Shown: piece by piece, positions 1-16,960 of the stretch
Position numbering within the stretch: the stretch's first letter is position 1
Layout: every line of letters begins with the position of its first letter
Assembly (NCBI RefSeq): GCF_009914755.1
Contig: NC_060932.1
DNA: 64,000 nt
Origin: the human T2T-CHM13v2.0 reference genome, Homo sapiens
Strand: one strand, 5' to 3'
The notes under the pieces: model-generated
The model's input: the letters and a program-made list of their open reading frames with translations, nothing else
The model's database searches: none
What the model was told of the DNA's origin: nothing
Position numbers and translations under genes: made by a program

Positions 1-126
1 AAATTAAAAAATAAAGTACTTCTTGCTCTAGAAAATAATGCATATGTAAATATCAAAGAACATATAAACTAGGAGGCATGACAGAGAAAAGATAGCTCAA
101 CTCCTCCATTTAAAAATAGAGGGCCC

Positions 127-550
<424 letters not shown>

Positions 551-597
551 AATTTTAAAAAATTCAACTGGTTAGATAGATGGAAAAAAAAAAGTAA

Positions 598-868
598 TTT
601 TTTTTTTTGAGACAGGGTCTCACTCTGTTGTCCAGGTAAGAGTGCAGTGGCACAATCTTGGCTCACTGCAAACTCTGCCTCCCAGGTTCAAGCCATTCTC
701 ATGCCTCAGGCCCCCTAGTAGCTGGGACTAAGGTGTGCACCACCATGCCTGGCTAATTTTTGTATTTTTAGTAGACACAAAGTTTTACCATGCTGGCCAG
801 GCTAGTCTTGAGCTCCTGGCCTCAAGTGATCCACCCAGCTTGGCCTCCCAAGTGCTGGGATTACAGGC
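598..868 (-). mobile_element. Alu (AluS/Jb-like), slightly 5'-truncated
   Basis: Poly-T followed by reverse-complement Alu dimer ending at gggattacaggc. Confidence 0.9.
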
Positions 869-889
869 AAAAGAAAATTTTAAAACGAG

Positions 890-1875
890 AATAACTAACA
901 TTGTTTAGCTCTTATATACGTCGGTCACTATTCTAAGTACTTTACTACTGTCAATGAAAAGAATTGAACTCTATAAAGTATTTGAAGAGGTTTATTCTGA
1001 GCCAAATACCAGTGACCATGGCCTGTGACACAGCCTTCAGGAGGTCCTGAGTACCTGTGCCCAAGGTGGTTGGGGCGCAGCTTGGTCTTACACATTTTAG
1101 AGAGGCATGAGACATCAATCAAATACATTTAAGAAATACATTGGTTTGATCCAGAAAGGTGGGACAACTCAAACCAAGTTGGTGGGGGTGGGGTGTTCCA
1201 GGTTACAGGTGAATTTAAAATTTTCTGGTTGACAATTAGTTGAATATGTCTAAAGACCTGAGGTTGGTAGAAAGGGAATGTTCAGGTTAAGATAAAGATT
1301 GTGGAGACCAAAGTTCTTTGAAGTCTTATAGTGGCTGCCCTTGGAGACAATAGATGACAAATGTTTCCTATTCAGATCTTAGTTAATCTCTTTAGGATTG
1401 GGAGGGTCCAGAAGAAAAAGATCTAGCTTTGTTAATAGAGATTCTTTACAGATGCAAATTCTACCCCCAAAGAACAGCTTTGCAGGGCCGTCTCAAAATA
1501 CGGCAAAGAAACATGTTGTGGGATAAAATATTTTGATTTTCTTCCTTGTCTCATAATGTTATGCCAGAGTCAGGTTGGAAAGTGAGTCATGGTATACAGG
1601 GCTAAATAAAACCCATCTGATGAGAATTTATGATTGGTAGGGCATGACTCCCCAGACCACTTAGATAGGAATTTGGGCCAGATAAAAAATCAGAGTTTAG
1701 TCCTGACTACATTAACTCATTAATTCACATTGCAACCTCATGAAATGCTATAATTGTTCTTATTTTACATACGAGTAAACTAAGACACAAAAAGCCTAAA
1801 ATATTTGCCCAGAAACACACAACCAGCAAGTGGAGGAACAGGCATCAAACTCCAGCCCATCTGGCCCCAAAGCGC
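890..1875 (-). mobile_element. MIR SINE relic split by the MER4E LTR (890-948 and 1707-1875)
   Basis: Degenerate MIR core (attttacatacgagtaaactaagacaca, ttgcccagaaacacacaacc) continues across the LTR. Confidence 0.6.
949..1706 (-). mobile_element. MER4E-like ERV1 solo LTR
   Basis: Matches recalled MER4E consensus over its length (gaagaggtttattctgagccaaat ... ataaaaaatcagagtttagtcct); 4-bp TSD ctac at 945-948 and 1707-1710. Confidence 0.85.
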
Positions 1876-1923
1876 AAGTTCTTCTTCAAATGGAAAACAG
1901 AGCCTGAGAAGATTTTTCTCTAA

Positions 1924-2319
<396 letters not shown>

Positions 2320-2569
2320 TAGGAAAAATATTATATCCAAATTCCAAGTGAGGAAAAGGAGGTTGAGCAGGGTCGGAGTCAAGGTCAAGTTGCTAGTGAG
2401 CATAAGGCAAGCCCAGATTCTCGCCTTCAAGTCTAGGGATCTGGCCACTTGGACTGCATTTGGGTGATTTAAAAAAATACTTTGTCTACAATAATGCAAG
2501 TGATTTCTTGAAGAAATATGGAAAGACAACTGCTGTCCAGTATTCTTCAGAAAAAATGATGACAGCTTC

Positions 2570-2780
2570 AAATCATTTTGCCATGTGCTAGGCATCCTGC
2601 CAAGCATTTTATCGCCTTATTCTGCTCTGCAGCCTTACAATGTTGATGCTTTTCCTCATTTTACAGATAAGGAAACTGAGGCTCAGAGGACCTGAGTCAC
2701 TCTGCCAGCATAATTCAGCTCATGAAAAACTGGTTGGCCAACTGTCAAAAGCCTGTGTTAGCTTAACCACTGTGCAGGTT
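2570..2780 (-). mobile_element. MIR SINE
   Basis: Core attttacagataaggaaactgaggctcagag. Confidence 0.75.
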
Positions 2781-3560
2781 TTACAAAACTCAATGTGTGG
2801 AATATGCTTTAATTCTAGGAACGAAAAAGAATTTTCACCACCAATCTCTGTTTTCTGAAAACATTTATCTTACTTGCTGTAAAATACAATTGTGACATTG
2901 TAATCATTGTTTCCCTTATTTGGAAGTCATTGGAACCAACTGGAAGGATAACATGAAGAGGTCAAGAGACACAGTCTTCATTTAATTTGGCTTCCTGTGT
3001 AAGCAGAGCAGTGGGATTTAAAAAGACAAAATGTCATCAAGAACTACATTTGCTGAGACAGTAAGTAAGGAAAAGAAAAGGTGGGGAACACCATTAAACC
3101 CCTGTGGCTCACCACAGGCTCTTGATTCCACATTTCCCCACATTCCCCACCAGATGAGCATTTTCCTGGTTTCTAGATGAGGAAACTGAGGTTGATGTGC
3201 TTAAGAACTGGTAGCCTACCCATAATGTCATGGTTTGGGGGCGAGAGTCTAATGCTCAAACCTGAGCTCTTCTGACAAACTTTCCAGACCAAAGAAACTC
3301 AGAATGTAAGCATTGGAAAGTGATGATTTGTGCAAATCCATGAATCAACAAAGAGGAGAAATATTTTACAACAATGTTTAAATAGTCCGTAAAAGATTTA
3401 TAATAAACCATTCCTTTGAAGATCTTCTTTCATAAAGAAAGAGATGTAGACAAACTGACCAAGGATACTCAGAGGCAAGTTGACCAGGTTAGAGAGGGGC
3501 ATTCTCCTTGTATTGCCCAAGAAGCCAATCCTTTTTATTTTTTTAACATCACTTTGATCA

Positions 3561-4200
<640 letters not shown>

Positions 4201-4785
4201 AAGCCAAAGAAACCTTTTTCTTGTTCATGAATGGTTTCCAAATATAGTGCTTAGATTAGAAAAATGGAAAAGAAAAAAACCCTCAACTATAACTACATTA
4301 AGTATGAAACTCGAAGTCAAAAATAGTTTTAAATTCTTGCAAAGAATTATTACAAAGCATTGCTTTATAAAAAGATAAGTTCCAGAGGAGTATTACAAAT
4401 ACCAAAGGGTGCATTTCTATAATTTGTCAAAGGCATATCTCATGCCTTTCTTGGTATTTGCCAGTACAGCGCATGAACTCTTGATGTTTTTCTCCAAGGG
4501 AAGTCGATATACATGTGTTTAAATACATTTAACTCCAACAGTGCCATGCAGGCACACACATGAAGAACATGCAGGTTCCAATGCATGTGGACTGATTCGG
4601 CACCTACAAAAGAGAAATATGAAGTGTTCCGTGATGACACTACATTAGCAGGAAAACAAAAGTGGGTATTTTTGGTCCTTTCTGTCTTTTCAAATTAGTA
4701 TCTACAGCATATGGCAGTGGTTAGAATAAATGAGTGAATGCATGCCATGTGCTTACAGTTGCAAGCATATAAAAAGTCCTTCACG

Positions 4786-5050
<265 letters not shown>

Positions 5051-5444
5051 TCAAATTAACGCTGCCCATTACTATTACTATTATTATTGTCATGTTTACA
5101 CCCACTGGCCTACATTGGCATTCTGATGAGACTCGCAGGTGATGGTTTGCAATGACAGGGAGTCATGAGAAGTACGCTCTGCTTGGGTTTGGTTTCCCTG
5201 TGACTGCCGCCAAGGGAGCCTCTTGAGATAGAAACAACTATTAGACCAGACTCGTTTTCAGTTATTAGAATGTCATGTCAGAGTTGCAGTTGTTAGAACA
5301 CACCATTCAAATGGCTGAGGATTAAATCTGATGTCAGCATTTGGTTTATTAAGAATAAGTTACTACTATCACATTGAACTTGAAAAAATTGTAGTTCTGT
5401 TTTATTCTTTAACCTTAAAATTTTACAACAAGGAGTAGCATTTA

Positions 5445-5770
5445 TTTATTTAGTTTGTTGTTTGTTTGTTTCTTTATTTATTTATTTCGAGACAGGATCT
5501 CACTGTTGCCCAGGCTGGTGTGCAGTGGCGTGATCTTGGCTCACTGCAACCTCTGCCCTCTGAGTCCAAGGGCTTCTCCTGCCTCAGCCTCCGGAGTAGC
5601 TGGAACTACAGGGGTCTGCCACCATGCCTCACTAATTTTTGTATTTTTTGGTAGAAATGGGGTTTCACCATGCTAGCCAGGCTGGTCTCAAACTCCTGAC
5701 CTCAAGTGATCCACCCATCTTGGCCTCTCAAAGTGCTGGGATTACAGGCATGAGCAACCATGCCCGGCCG
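5445..5770 (-). mobile_element. Alu (AluSz/Jb-like)
   Basis: Full dimer; TSD aggagtagcattta / aggagtaacattta. Confidence 0.9.
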
Positions 5771-6214
5771 AGGAGTAACATTTAAAAAGATTAAATTGAC
5801 GGTGGCCGTTTTTACTTCTGTTTCTTCTGATGTTAAAAACTAAATTCAAATGACACACATTGGAAGTATAGGAAGAAGGGAGTAGTTCGAAAGACAGATG
5901 TCAGCATTTATCAGAAAGCGCTATCTGGTATTTTCTAAGCACTCCCTCCCCCAAAAGCATGTATCTGTTAGAGACATATCTTGTTTTAGTGTACTTTGCT
6001 TTATTGCACTTTGCAGATATTGCATTTTAGATTAAAGGTTTGTGCCAACCCTTCATCGAGCCAAGTCTATTGGCACTGTTTTTCAAACAGCGTGTGCTCA
6101 CTTCCTGTCTCTGGGTCATGTTTTGGTAATTCTCATGACATTTCAAACTTTATTATTATTACCACATCTGTTAAGGAGATCTGTGATCAGTGATCTCTGA
6201 TGTTACTATTATAA

Positions 6215-6763
<549 letters not shown>

Positions 6764-6884
6764 TAAATGGGTGATTTCTGACTGCTTCACCAGCTAGCTG
6801 TTTCCCCACCTCTCACTCTCTCCTGCAGTCTCCCTATTCTCTGCGACACAATGATATTGCATTTAGACCAATTAATAATCTATA

Positions 6885-8860
6885 ACGGCCTCTCAGTGTC
6901 TAAGTGAAAGGAAGAATCCCACATCTCTCACTTTAAATCAAAAGCTAGAAATGAGTAAGCCTAGTGAGAAAGGCGTGTTGAGAGCTGAGATAGGCTGAAA
7001 GCTGGGCATCTTGTGCCAAAGTTAGCCAAGCTGTGAACACAAAGGAAAAGTTCTTGTAGGACTTTTGTGCTTGTGCTCCAGCAAACACATAAGTGATAAA
7101 AAGCCTTATTGCTGATGCAGAGAAAGTTTGAGTGGTCTGGTTAGAAGATCAAACCAGCCACAACCTTCCCCTAAGCTATGCCTAATCCAGAGCGAGGCCC
7201 TAATTCTCTTCAATTCTATAAAGGCTGAGAGAAGTGAGAAACTGCAGAAGAAGAGTTGGAAGCTAGCAGAGACTGGTTCATAAGACTTAAGGGAAGAAGC
7301 TGTCTCCATAACATAAAAGTGCAAGGTGAAGCAGCAAGTGCTAATTTAGAACTGCAATAAGTTGTCCAGAAGATCTAGCTAAGATCCTTGGTGAAGGCTG
7401 CTGCACTGAACAACAGATTTTCAATGTAGAGGAAAGCGCCTTCTATTGGAAGATGCCATCTAAGACTTTCATAGTTAAAGAGGAGAAGCCAATGTCTACA
7501 TTTAAAGGACAGCCGACTCTCTTGTAAGGCTCATTTACCCTTCTGAAAATCCTAGGGCTCTTAAGAATGATGCTAAATCTACTCTGCCTGTGCTCTCAAA
7601 AAGGAATAACAAAGCCTGGCTGTCAGCACTTCTGTTTACAGAATGGCTTACCGAATATTTTAAGCCCACTGTTAAGATCTTCTGCTCAGAAAAAAAGATT
7701 CCTTTCAAAATATTACTGATCATTGACAATGCACCTAGTCATGTACAGAGACCAATATTATTTTCCTGCCTTCTGAGACAGCATCCATTCTGCAGCCACA
7801 TAAATCAATGAGTATTTTTGACTTCCAAGTCTTATTACTAAAAAAATACATTTTGTAAGCCTATAGCTGCCATGGATAGTTATTCCTCTGATGGATCTGG
7901 GCAAAGTAAATTGAAACCCTTATGGAATAGATTCATCATCCTAGATGTCATTAAGAACACTCATAATTCATAAGATGAGGACAAAATATCAACATTAACT
8001 GGAGTTTGGGAGAGGTTGATTCCAACCCTCATGGATGACTTTAAGAGGTGTAAGACTTCAGTAGAAGAAGTTATTGTGGATGTGGTAGAAATAGTAAGAG
8101 AACTAGAATTAGAAGTGGAGTCTGAAGATGTGACTGAATTGCTGCACTCTCATGATAGAGCTTTAACAGATGAGGAGGTTGCTTCTTATAGATGAGCAAA
8201 GAAAGTGGTTTCTTTTTTTTTTTTTTTTTTTTGAGATGGAGTCTCACTCTGTCACCCAGGATGGAATGCAGTGGCGCGATCTCGACTCACTGAAACCTCC
8301 ATCTCCCAGGTTCAAGCAATTCTCCTGCCTTAGCCTCTTAAGTAGCTAGAATTACAGGCACCCGCCACCACGCCCGGCTAATTTTTGTACTTTTAGTAGA
8401 GATGGGGTTTCGCCATTTTGGCCAGGCTGGTCTTGAACTCCGGACTTCAGGTGATCTGCTCACTGTGCCTGGCCAGAAAGTGGTTTATTGAGATGGAATC
8501 AACTCCTGGTGATTCCATGGAGTAAAGATTCTGTGAACATTGTTGAAATGACAACAAAGGTTTTAGAATATTCCATAAACTTAGTTGATAATGCAGCAGC
8601 GGGGTTTGAAAGAATTGAATCCAATTTTCTGGTGGTAAAATGCTATAAAACAACATCGAATGCTACAGAGAAATCTTTTGTGAAAGGAAGAGCCAATTAA
8701 TGTGCTAAACTTCATTGCTGTCTTATTTTAAGAAATTGTCACAGCCACCCCAAACTTCAGCTATCACCATCCTGATCAGTCAGCAGCCATCAACATCAAG
8801 GCAAGACCCTCCACTAGCAAAAAGATTACAGCTCGCTGAAGGTTCAGATGATCACTAGCA
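6885..8860 (+). pseudogene. Disrupted Tigger1 transposase (CENP-B HTH plus DDE_1)
   Basis: Start ATG reads ACG at ~6885; first catalytic motif reads FNVEESAFYW instead of FNVDETAFYW; deletions, frameshifts and an Alu insertion. Confidence 0.85.
8213..8474 (-). mobile_element. AluS inside Tigger1 with ~40-bp internal deletion in the left arm
   Basis: TSD agaaagtggttt; gtgatctgct joined directly to cactgtgcctggcc. Confidence 0.9.
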
Positions 8861-9087
8861 TTTCTTAGCAACAAAATATTTTTAAATTAGGATTATACGG
8901 TGTTTTTTAGACATAATGCTATTGCACACTTAATTGACTGCAATGTAATGTGAACATAAATTTTATAAGCACTAGGAAACCAAAAAAATTCATGTGACTC
9001 ACTTTATTGTGTTATTCTCTTTATTATGGTGGTCTGGAACTGAACCCACAATATCCAAGGTGTGGTTGTCTATAAATAGAATACTGA

Positions 9088-9398
9088 TTTTTTTTTTATT
9101 TTTTTTTTGAGGTAGGGTCTTGCTCTTTCACCCACGCTGGAGTACAGTGGTGTGATCTCAGCTCACTGCAATCTCTGCCTCCCCGGCTCAAGCATCTTAA
9201 GTCTTCCCACCTCTGCCTATCTAGTAGCTGGAACTACAGGTGCATGCCACCACTCTCAGCTAATTTTTTAATGTTTTGTAGAGATGAGGTCTTGCTATGT
9301 TGCCCAAGCTGATCTTGAATCCCTGGGCTCTTGTTATCGTCTCCCACCTCAGCCTCCAAAAGTGCTGGGGTTACAGGCAGGAGCCACCACACCCAGCC
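9088..9398 (-). mobile_element. AluJ SINE
   Basis: Diverged dimer with J-type features. Confidence 0.85.
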
Positions 9399-10295
9399 TG
9401 AATTATATTTAACAGCGGCCAGGATCTGTATTGTAAAAGACACATGTATATGTGTCTTTTAATGCAATCAGTTAACTAATATATCCCTTTTATTTTATCT
9501 TTGATCTCCAGAGTGTTCCCTTGTGTGCTTTAGAACATAATAGCCTCTCAAATACTACTTAAACAATCAAGTTAATCAATTATTCAATGAGTATTTAATG
9601 AATACCCACTTAATTGTATAATCCTATCTTGACACTGTGGAGGATGCAGATAGATATGAGAAATAGCTCTCATCTGAAAGAAATTTAGAATGAAATGGAA
9701 TAGACAGGGCTCTCAATAGAAAGGCAGGCAGACAAGCAGGCAGACAGGGAAAAAGTGACAGTAAATTCTTCCTGTTTAAGGATGATGAAAATCAAAATGG
9801 TGATTCCAGGAGGGAGACCACCTACCATATTCTCATCCTGGAATCTCCTACAGTGTCTAGCATTATTTACTGCATGTGGTAACTGTCTACTGTTTGTGGA
9901 TTGAATCAATGAACATGATATATGCTGTGAGATTTGAATGTGAACTTTAGAGCTCACAGTCTCGTCTCCTCAGGTTACAGATAAGAGTTGCTCTAAATGG
10001 CGACTCCCCTCCCTTTCAGGCCCTCCTCCCACATCTCCATTTCTCAAGACCTGGGTCATACTTCCTCCTCTTGGCAGTCTTTGCTGACTATCTCCATGCA
10101 AAGTGACCTATGAATTCTTAGAGATCTCAAGTTCTTTCTCTTTCTTTGTTTCTTCCATTCCTTCTTCTTCTTCCTTTCTTTCTTTTGGGTTTTTAATTTT
10201 GTTGTTACACATTGTCCATAAAATTTATTTACAATTTTTTTCTGCTTCTACTATATAGAAGCTCATATAATCTTTAAGATTTGAAAAAAATTCCA

Positions 10296-10644
<349 letters not shown>

Positions 10645-10832
10645 TTATCAAGTGTTCACATTTTGTCACATTTGCTTTAACTCTTTATTTAAACATATGT
10701 AATAAAACTATAAAAACTGACCTGAGAGAAAATACTCCAATCTCAGTGTAGTGATTACCCCTGTGAAGGGAGGATAAGGCAAAGCGATGGGACAGGAGTG
10801 AAGTTTGGGGATGAAGATATTAACTGCCTTTA

Positions 10833-11204
<372 letters not shown>

Positions 11205-12229
11205 TCATTTAACCATCAGATGGCTCTTTGTCATCCAGCTGGGGCTGTCAGACTTTGAGACGCAGTGTCGTGTATTTAAGCCTTGTCTCAACAACCAACT
11301 CAACTGCAAGCATCCAGAGGGAAGGATCTGTGTCTCAGGCTTGCCTTCTGCTCACCACGGAGCAATATGGAGCATATTAGAGGCTTATTTCATTTTATTA
11401 CATCGTGCAGTTCCCCTGAACAGGGTATATGTAGCTCATTTTTAACATTTTAATGAGTTTCTCTCCCAAATTATGAACTTCGCAACGTCTTCATTTATCA
11501 TCTTACTCCTAGTCCTCCCAAGAATGTTGTAAAGTGTAGCCAGTCAAATTTACATATGATCTCTAGCTTGTTTCCAAGGGATTCCCATTACAATGAAGGT
11601 GAAAAATTGCCAAAGACCATTTCAAACCCATCTGCACATACTGTGCTTTAGGGATTCATTAGACACATTTTCCTTGCCTGTTTTGAAGATGAACTGTTGC
11701 AATGTCTCTGCAGTGGGGCAGATGTAATCTTCCCTGGCCTGATCCTCTGCAGATGCTTAGCTGCACGGTGGATTGAATGTCTCAAAGGTCAATAACCCTT
11801 TCTATCATTTTTCATTAAAGTGCTTGGAGCGGGCAGTTCCTGCAGGAATAATTACTCGGAATCTGGCATACAATTCTTGTACACCCCAGCAAGTTAACCT
11901 TGAGAATTCAACTCCAAAGCCAGTCTTTGACAGGTTTTTGTGAGAGTTTCACCTCACACCTTGGAACAACTGAAACGTCTTAGGAAATTCATATTTCCAA
12001 AGCCCGAGTTCCCAGGCTGGGTGCACAGAGCACAATGATCATGGTGTCTGAGCCCGGGCAGACCTACCCCATGGGAAAGGGAAGGGAAACTGGGGGAAGG
12101 GAGAAACATCATGCCTGCTTCTTGGAATTGCTTTTGCTTCAAACCTTGCCTTCCTCTAGGTTCAGGGAGAGTCAAGAAAGCTGCCGTTACTCTAAATTCC
12201 AGACTCTGATAATGTAACCCAGCTCCTAA

Positions 12230-12530
12230 GAACAGCCTCAGCGTGAACCGGAACCTTGAGGAGCTCACTTGCCTCGCTGACCAGCAGACGCCTTGATTTA
12301 AATCCAGTGCTGGTGGCCAGAGCTAGAGATGTCTTGAGGGACAGAGGCAGCGGCAGGGTCTGGGGAAGCAGAAATGATGCTATCCTGAGTGGTTCATGGC
12401 AGATCACGCTGGAGCGTGACGCGCTGTGAGCGCTGCAAGTGTTCTGTGGACCAATCTGTGCAACCACCGGAGGAGGCTCCGGTTCGGTTAATCTGTTCGT
12501 TAAAGTGTCTTTGATTACGAACAATTCAAA
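12230..12530. promoter_or_regulatory. Candidate cis-regulatory element (non-repeat, CpG-retaining, PAX-like motifs, CCAAT)
   Basis: About 15 CpGs in ~290 bp against a CpG-depleted background; ctcagcgtgaac and gctggagcgtgac resemble paired-domain sites; ccaat at 12451. Confidence 0.35.
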
Positions 12531-12661
12531 CTATTCTGGTTGGGATCAACTGAAAAGAGAAGTGGGGTGACTCCAGGAAGCAAAATGCAGCTGAATAACC
12601 CAGGCCTGCGGAGGATGGGAGCCCCCCAGCACAGGGGGCTTCAGGGACCACTTCTCCAGAG

Positions 12662-13221
<560 letters not shown>

Positions 13222-13646
13222 TACGATGGAGCAGGTTTGGGACACACTGATCCATTATCCCTGTATTTTACAGATTAAGAACTGGGGCCGAGAGTGTTTA
13301 TTTAACTAGCTTGCAGACATTGGCTCTCTTTGCCCTGCCATATAGCTGTAGTTTGGCAGGGCAGGGGTGCAGCTTTGGTGACTTTATTTCTCCACTCACT
13401 GAGAAGGTCTCAGCGAGTGCTCTCAACTCCCCAGGGAGGGGTTGGCCCTTCCTAAACCCGTGGAATCGGGTAACTTTGGTTATATAGGATTCATTCCCGG
13501 AATACTTCAGAATCCTGCCTAGACCACAACGGCCCTTCTGAGCCAATCTCAGACTCCAGGCCCTGGGGGTATCTTTTCTCCGCTTCCCTTCTCTCTCTCC
13601 AGTTCCAGTGGAGTTCCAGTAAACCACGTGGTGAGAGAGGTGGGAG

Positions 13647-13802
13647 CTCTGATTTGTAGCGTCTGCCTGTTTTGGTGGTATAAATCCTCCCACCGTGGCC
13701 AATTTCAAGCTATCAACATGACATCAGCCTGTCTGCAAAAATCCTGAAAATTTAACAACTGGGTCTTGAGACCCAGGGCAAGCTGGACCCAGCTCATCAC
13801 TG
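13647..13802 (-). mobile_element. MER63-like hAT-Blackjack element
   Basis: ctgatttgtagcg..ctcccaccgtggccaatttcaagcta..cctgaaaatttaacaa..catcactg. Confidence 0.65.
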
Positions 13803-14005
13803 CAGCATTACCAAAACATTTCCTCCCCTGAGCCATGCCTGTTCTGTTCTTTCACTTCTATCTGTTCCCTAGAGATGCCACATGCTATGGACACTGGCTT
13901 CAGAGAAAGTCAGACAGGCCTAACTCAGGTCTGCCTCCTTCTCCCTTGTTTTTTTTTCTCTTCTCTCTTTTTTTTTTTTTTTACGTTTGAATTAATGTTA
14001 ACTAA

Positions 14006-14392
<387 letters not shown>

Positions 14393-14394
14393 AG

Positions 14395-14710
14395 CATTTT
14401 TATTTTTCAATTTTTTTTTCCTTTTGAGACAAGGTCTTTCTCTGTCATTCAGGCTGGAGTGCAGATGCACAATCACAGCTTACTGCAGCCTCAACCTCCC
14501 AGACTCAAGCGATCACCCCCCTGAGCCCTCGGAGAAGCTAGGACTACAGGCATGAGTCACCACGCCCAGCTAATATCCTTACATTTTTTTCTAGAGCTGG
14601 GGCTCTCATCATGTTGTCCAGGCGGGTCTCAAACTCCTGGGCTCAAGCAGTCCTCCCACTTTAGCCTCCCAAAGTGTTGGGATTACAGATGTGAGCCACT
14701 GCACCTGGCC
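14395..14710 (-). mobile_element. AluJ SINE
   Basis: J-type dimer directly adjacent to the previous Alu. Confidence 0.88.
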
Positions 14711-14969
14711 TCCTTTTCTAATTTTTAACATACAAACTCACACAGCCAGCCAGAACTAAAGCCAGTATTAGAACCCAGAAAAGCCCCTTCAAGGATTCCA
14801 AACTAAATTGCCAAAACTGACTGGTTCAAGATGGTGTGAACAGGTAAGACATTTCTTCTGACCTTTGCATGTATCCTTTGGAGCAAGTCAGGGGAGAATC
14901 ACAGGGAGCAGAGGTGAAATCATCATCAGGAATTGTGATGATGCAGAAATGGAAAATCATACTAGGACC

Positions 14970-15398
14970 TGTGTTTGTTTCCTAAGACTGCCACAATGAT
15001 GTACCACAGGCTGGATGGCTTACAACAGCAGAAATTTATTCTCTCATAGTTCTGGAGGCTAGAAGTCCAAAATCAAGGTGTTGGCAGGACCACGTTCTCT
15101 CCAAAATCTCTTCCTTGCCTTTCCCAGCTTCTGATAGCCCCTGGCATTCCTTGGCTTGCAGCAGCATAAGCCCACCTCTGCTTCTGTCTGCTGCGGGCAG
15201 GAGAGCAGTTTTCTCTGTGTGTCTCTTTCACCCACTTCTTATAAGGACACCAGTCTTATTGGATCAGGGCCACCCTAATGACTTCATCTTAACATGATGA
15301 CATCTGCAAATACCCTGTTTCCACATAAGGTCCCATTCACATGTACCATGGTTAGAACTTCAACATACCTTTCAGAGGACACACTTCAACCCATAACA
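14970..15398 (-). mobile_element. MLT1 (MLT1C/B-like) ERVL-MaLR solo LTR
   Basis: tg..ca ends; aacagcagaaatttattctctcatagttctggaggctagaagtccaaaatcaaggtg; cttcaacccataaca. Confidence 0.85.
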
Positions 15399-15421
15399 GA
15401 TCCTTTGTAAGACCTTAATAT

Positions 15422-15869
<448 letters not shown>

Positions 15870-15878
<9 letters not shown>

Positions 15879-16215
15879 TGTTGTTGTTTTTGTTTTTGTT
15901 TTTGTTTTTGTTTTTAATGAGAGGCAGAGTCTCATTCTATCACACAAGCTCAAGGCTGGAGTAAAGTGGTGTGATCACAACTTACTGCAGCCTCAAACTC
16001 CTGGGCTCAAGCAATCCTCCTGCCTCATCCTCCAGAGTAACTGGAACTACAGGTGTGGAGCACCATACTCAGTTAACTTTTATTACTTTTATTTTTGTAG
16101 AGATGAAGTCTCACTGTATTGCCCAGGCTGGTCTCAAACTCCTGGCTTTAAGCAATTCTCCTGCCTCAGCCTCCCAACATGCTGGGATTACAGTTGTGAG
16201 CCACTTCTCAGGGCC
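15870..16215 (-). mobile_element. AluJ SINE
   Basis: Diverged J-type dimer with (TTTTTG)n tail. Confidence 0.85.
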
Positions 16216-16449
16216 TAGAAACACATTTTTTAATAATCCTAAATTAAACCAATGTATCTTAAATCTTTGTTGAAACATTAGAGAATCTGGGTCCCTTCTC
16301 TAGCTCCTGTTGACCAAACTCCCTCTGGCAAAAAGTACTCAGCAAATCTGTTTCTCAACAAGAGGAATGTGAGCCCACAGATACTAAGAGGTCCCCCATA
16401 GTCACACAGCACTGAGTTGGGAAGCTGAGATGTGTGGAAAATAGTTTTA

Positions 16450-16521
16450 TTAGGTTGGTGCAAAAGTAATTGCCATTACTTTTAATGACAAAAAACTGCA
16501 ATTACTTTTGCACCAACGTGA
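16450..16521. mobile_element. MADE1 mariner-derived MITE
   Basis: ttaggttggtgcaaaagtaattgc..gcaattacttttgcaccaac inverted termini typical of Hsmar1/MADE1. Confidence 0.92.
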
Positions 16522-16589
16522 CAGCTTTCTTGCAAATCCCTTCCATCCCTCCTCCATCTCAGCTCTCTTAAAATATGTTCGCAGTTCGC

Positions 16590-16960
16590 TCATTCATTCA
16601 TTCAACAAGTAGGGATTCAGTGCCTACCACTAAGGGGCAATATTGCGTAGTATTTAAGTCATACCTGTATTTGCATTCTGGCTCTAACTTACTGCTGTGT
16701 GACTTTGGGCAAGTTGCTTCTCCTCTCTGTGCTGTCTGTAAAAAGAGAATAATAACAATACCCATGTCACTGAGTTGGTGGGAGGGTTATAGGACATGGA
16801 GCACATAAGGCACTTGCCACAGAGCCTGGTTAAGCACTGACATGTCACTCTTCAATATTTGCTGGTTACTAAGTGCCTGGCCCTGAATCGAACCCTGGAG
16901 ATACCATGACAAGAAAACAGACAAGGCCTGGCTCAAGGGGTTACATACAGTCCAGAGGAG
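16590..16960. mobile_element. L2 relic (-) interrupted by MIR (+, ~16635-16870)
   Basis: cattcattcattcaaca L2 tail; MIR core ttactgctgtgtgactttgggcaagtt. Confidence 0.6.

Noticed and set aside
4440-4680. Possible box C/D snoRNA (gtgatga near 4630) or exon in unique sequence
   Set aside because: No properly placed D box or terminal stem, and no recognisable guide or coding signal.
7590-8700. TIGD1-like domesticated transposase gene
   Set aside because: No start codon, altered catalytic motif, deletions and an Alu insertion; a dead Tigger1 copy.
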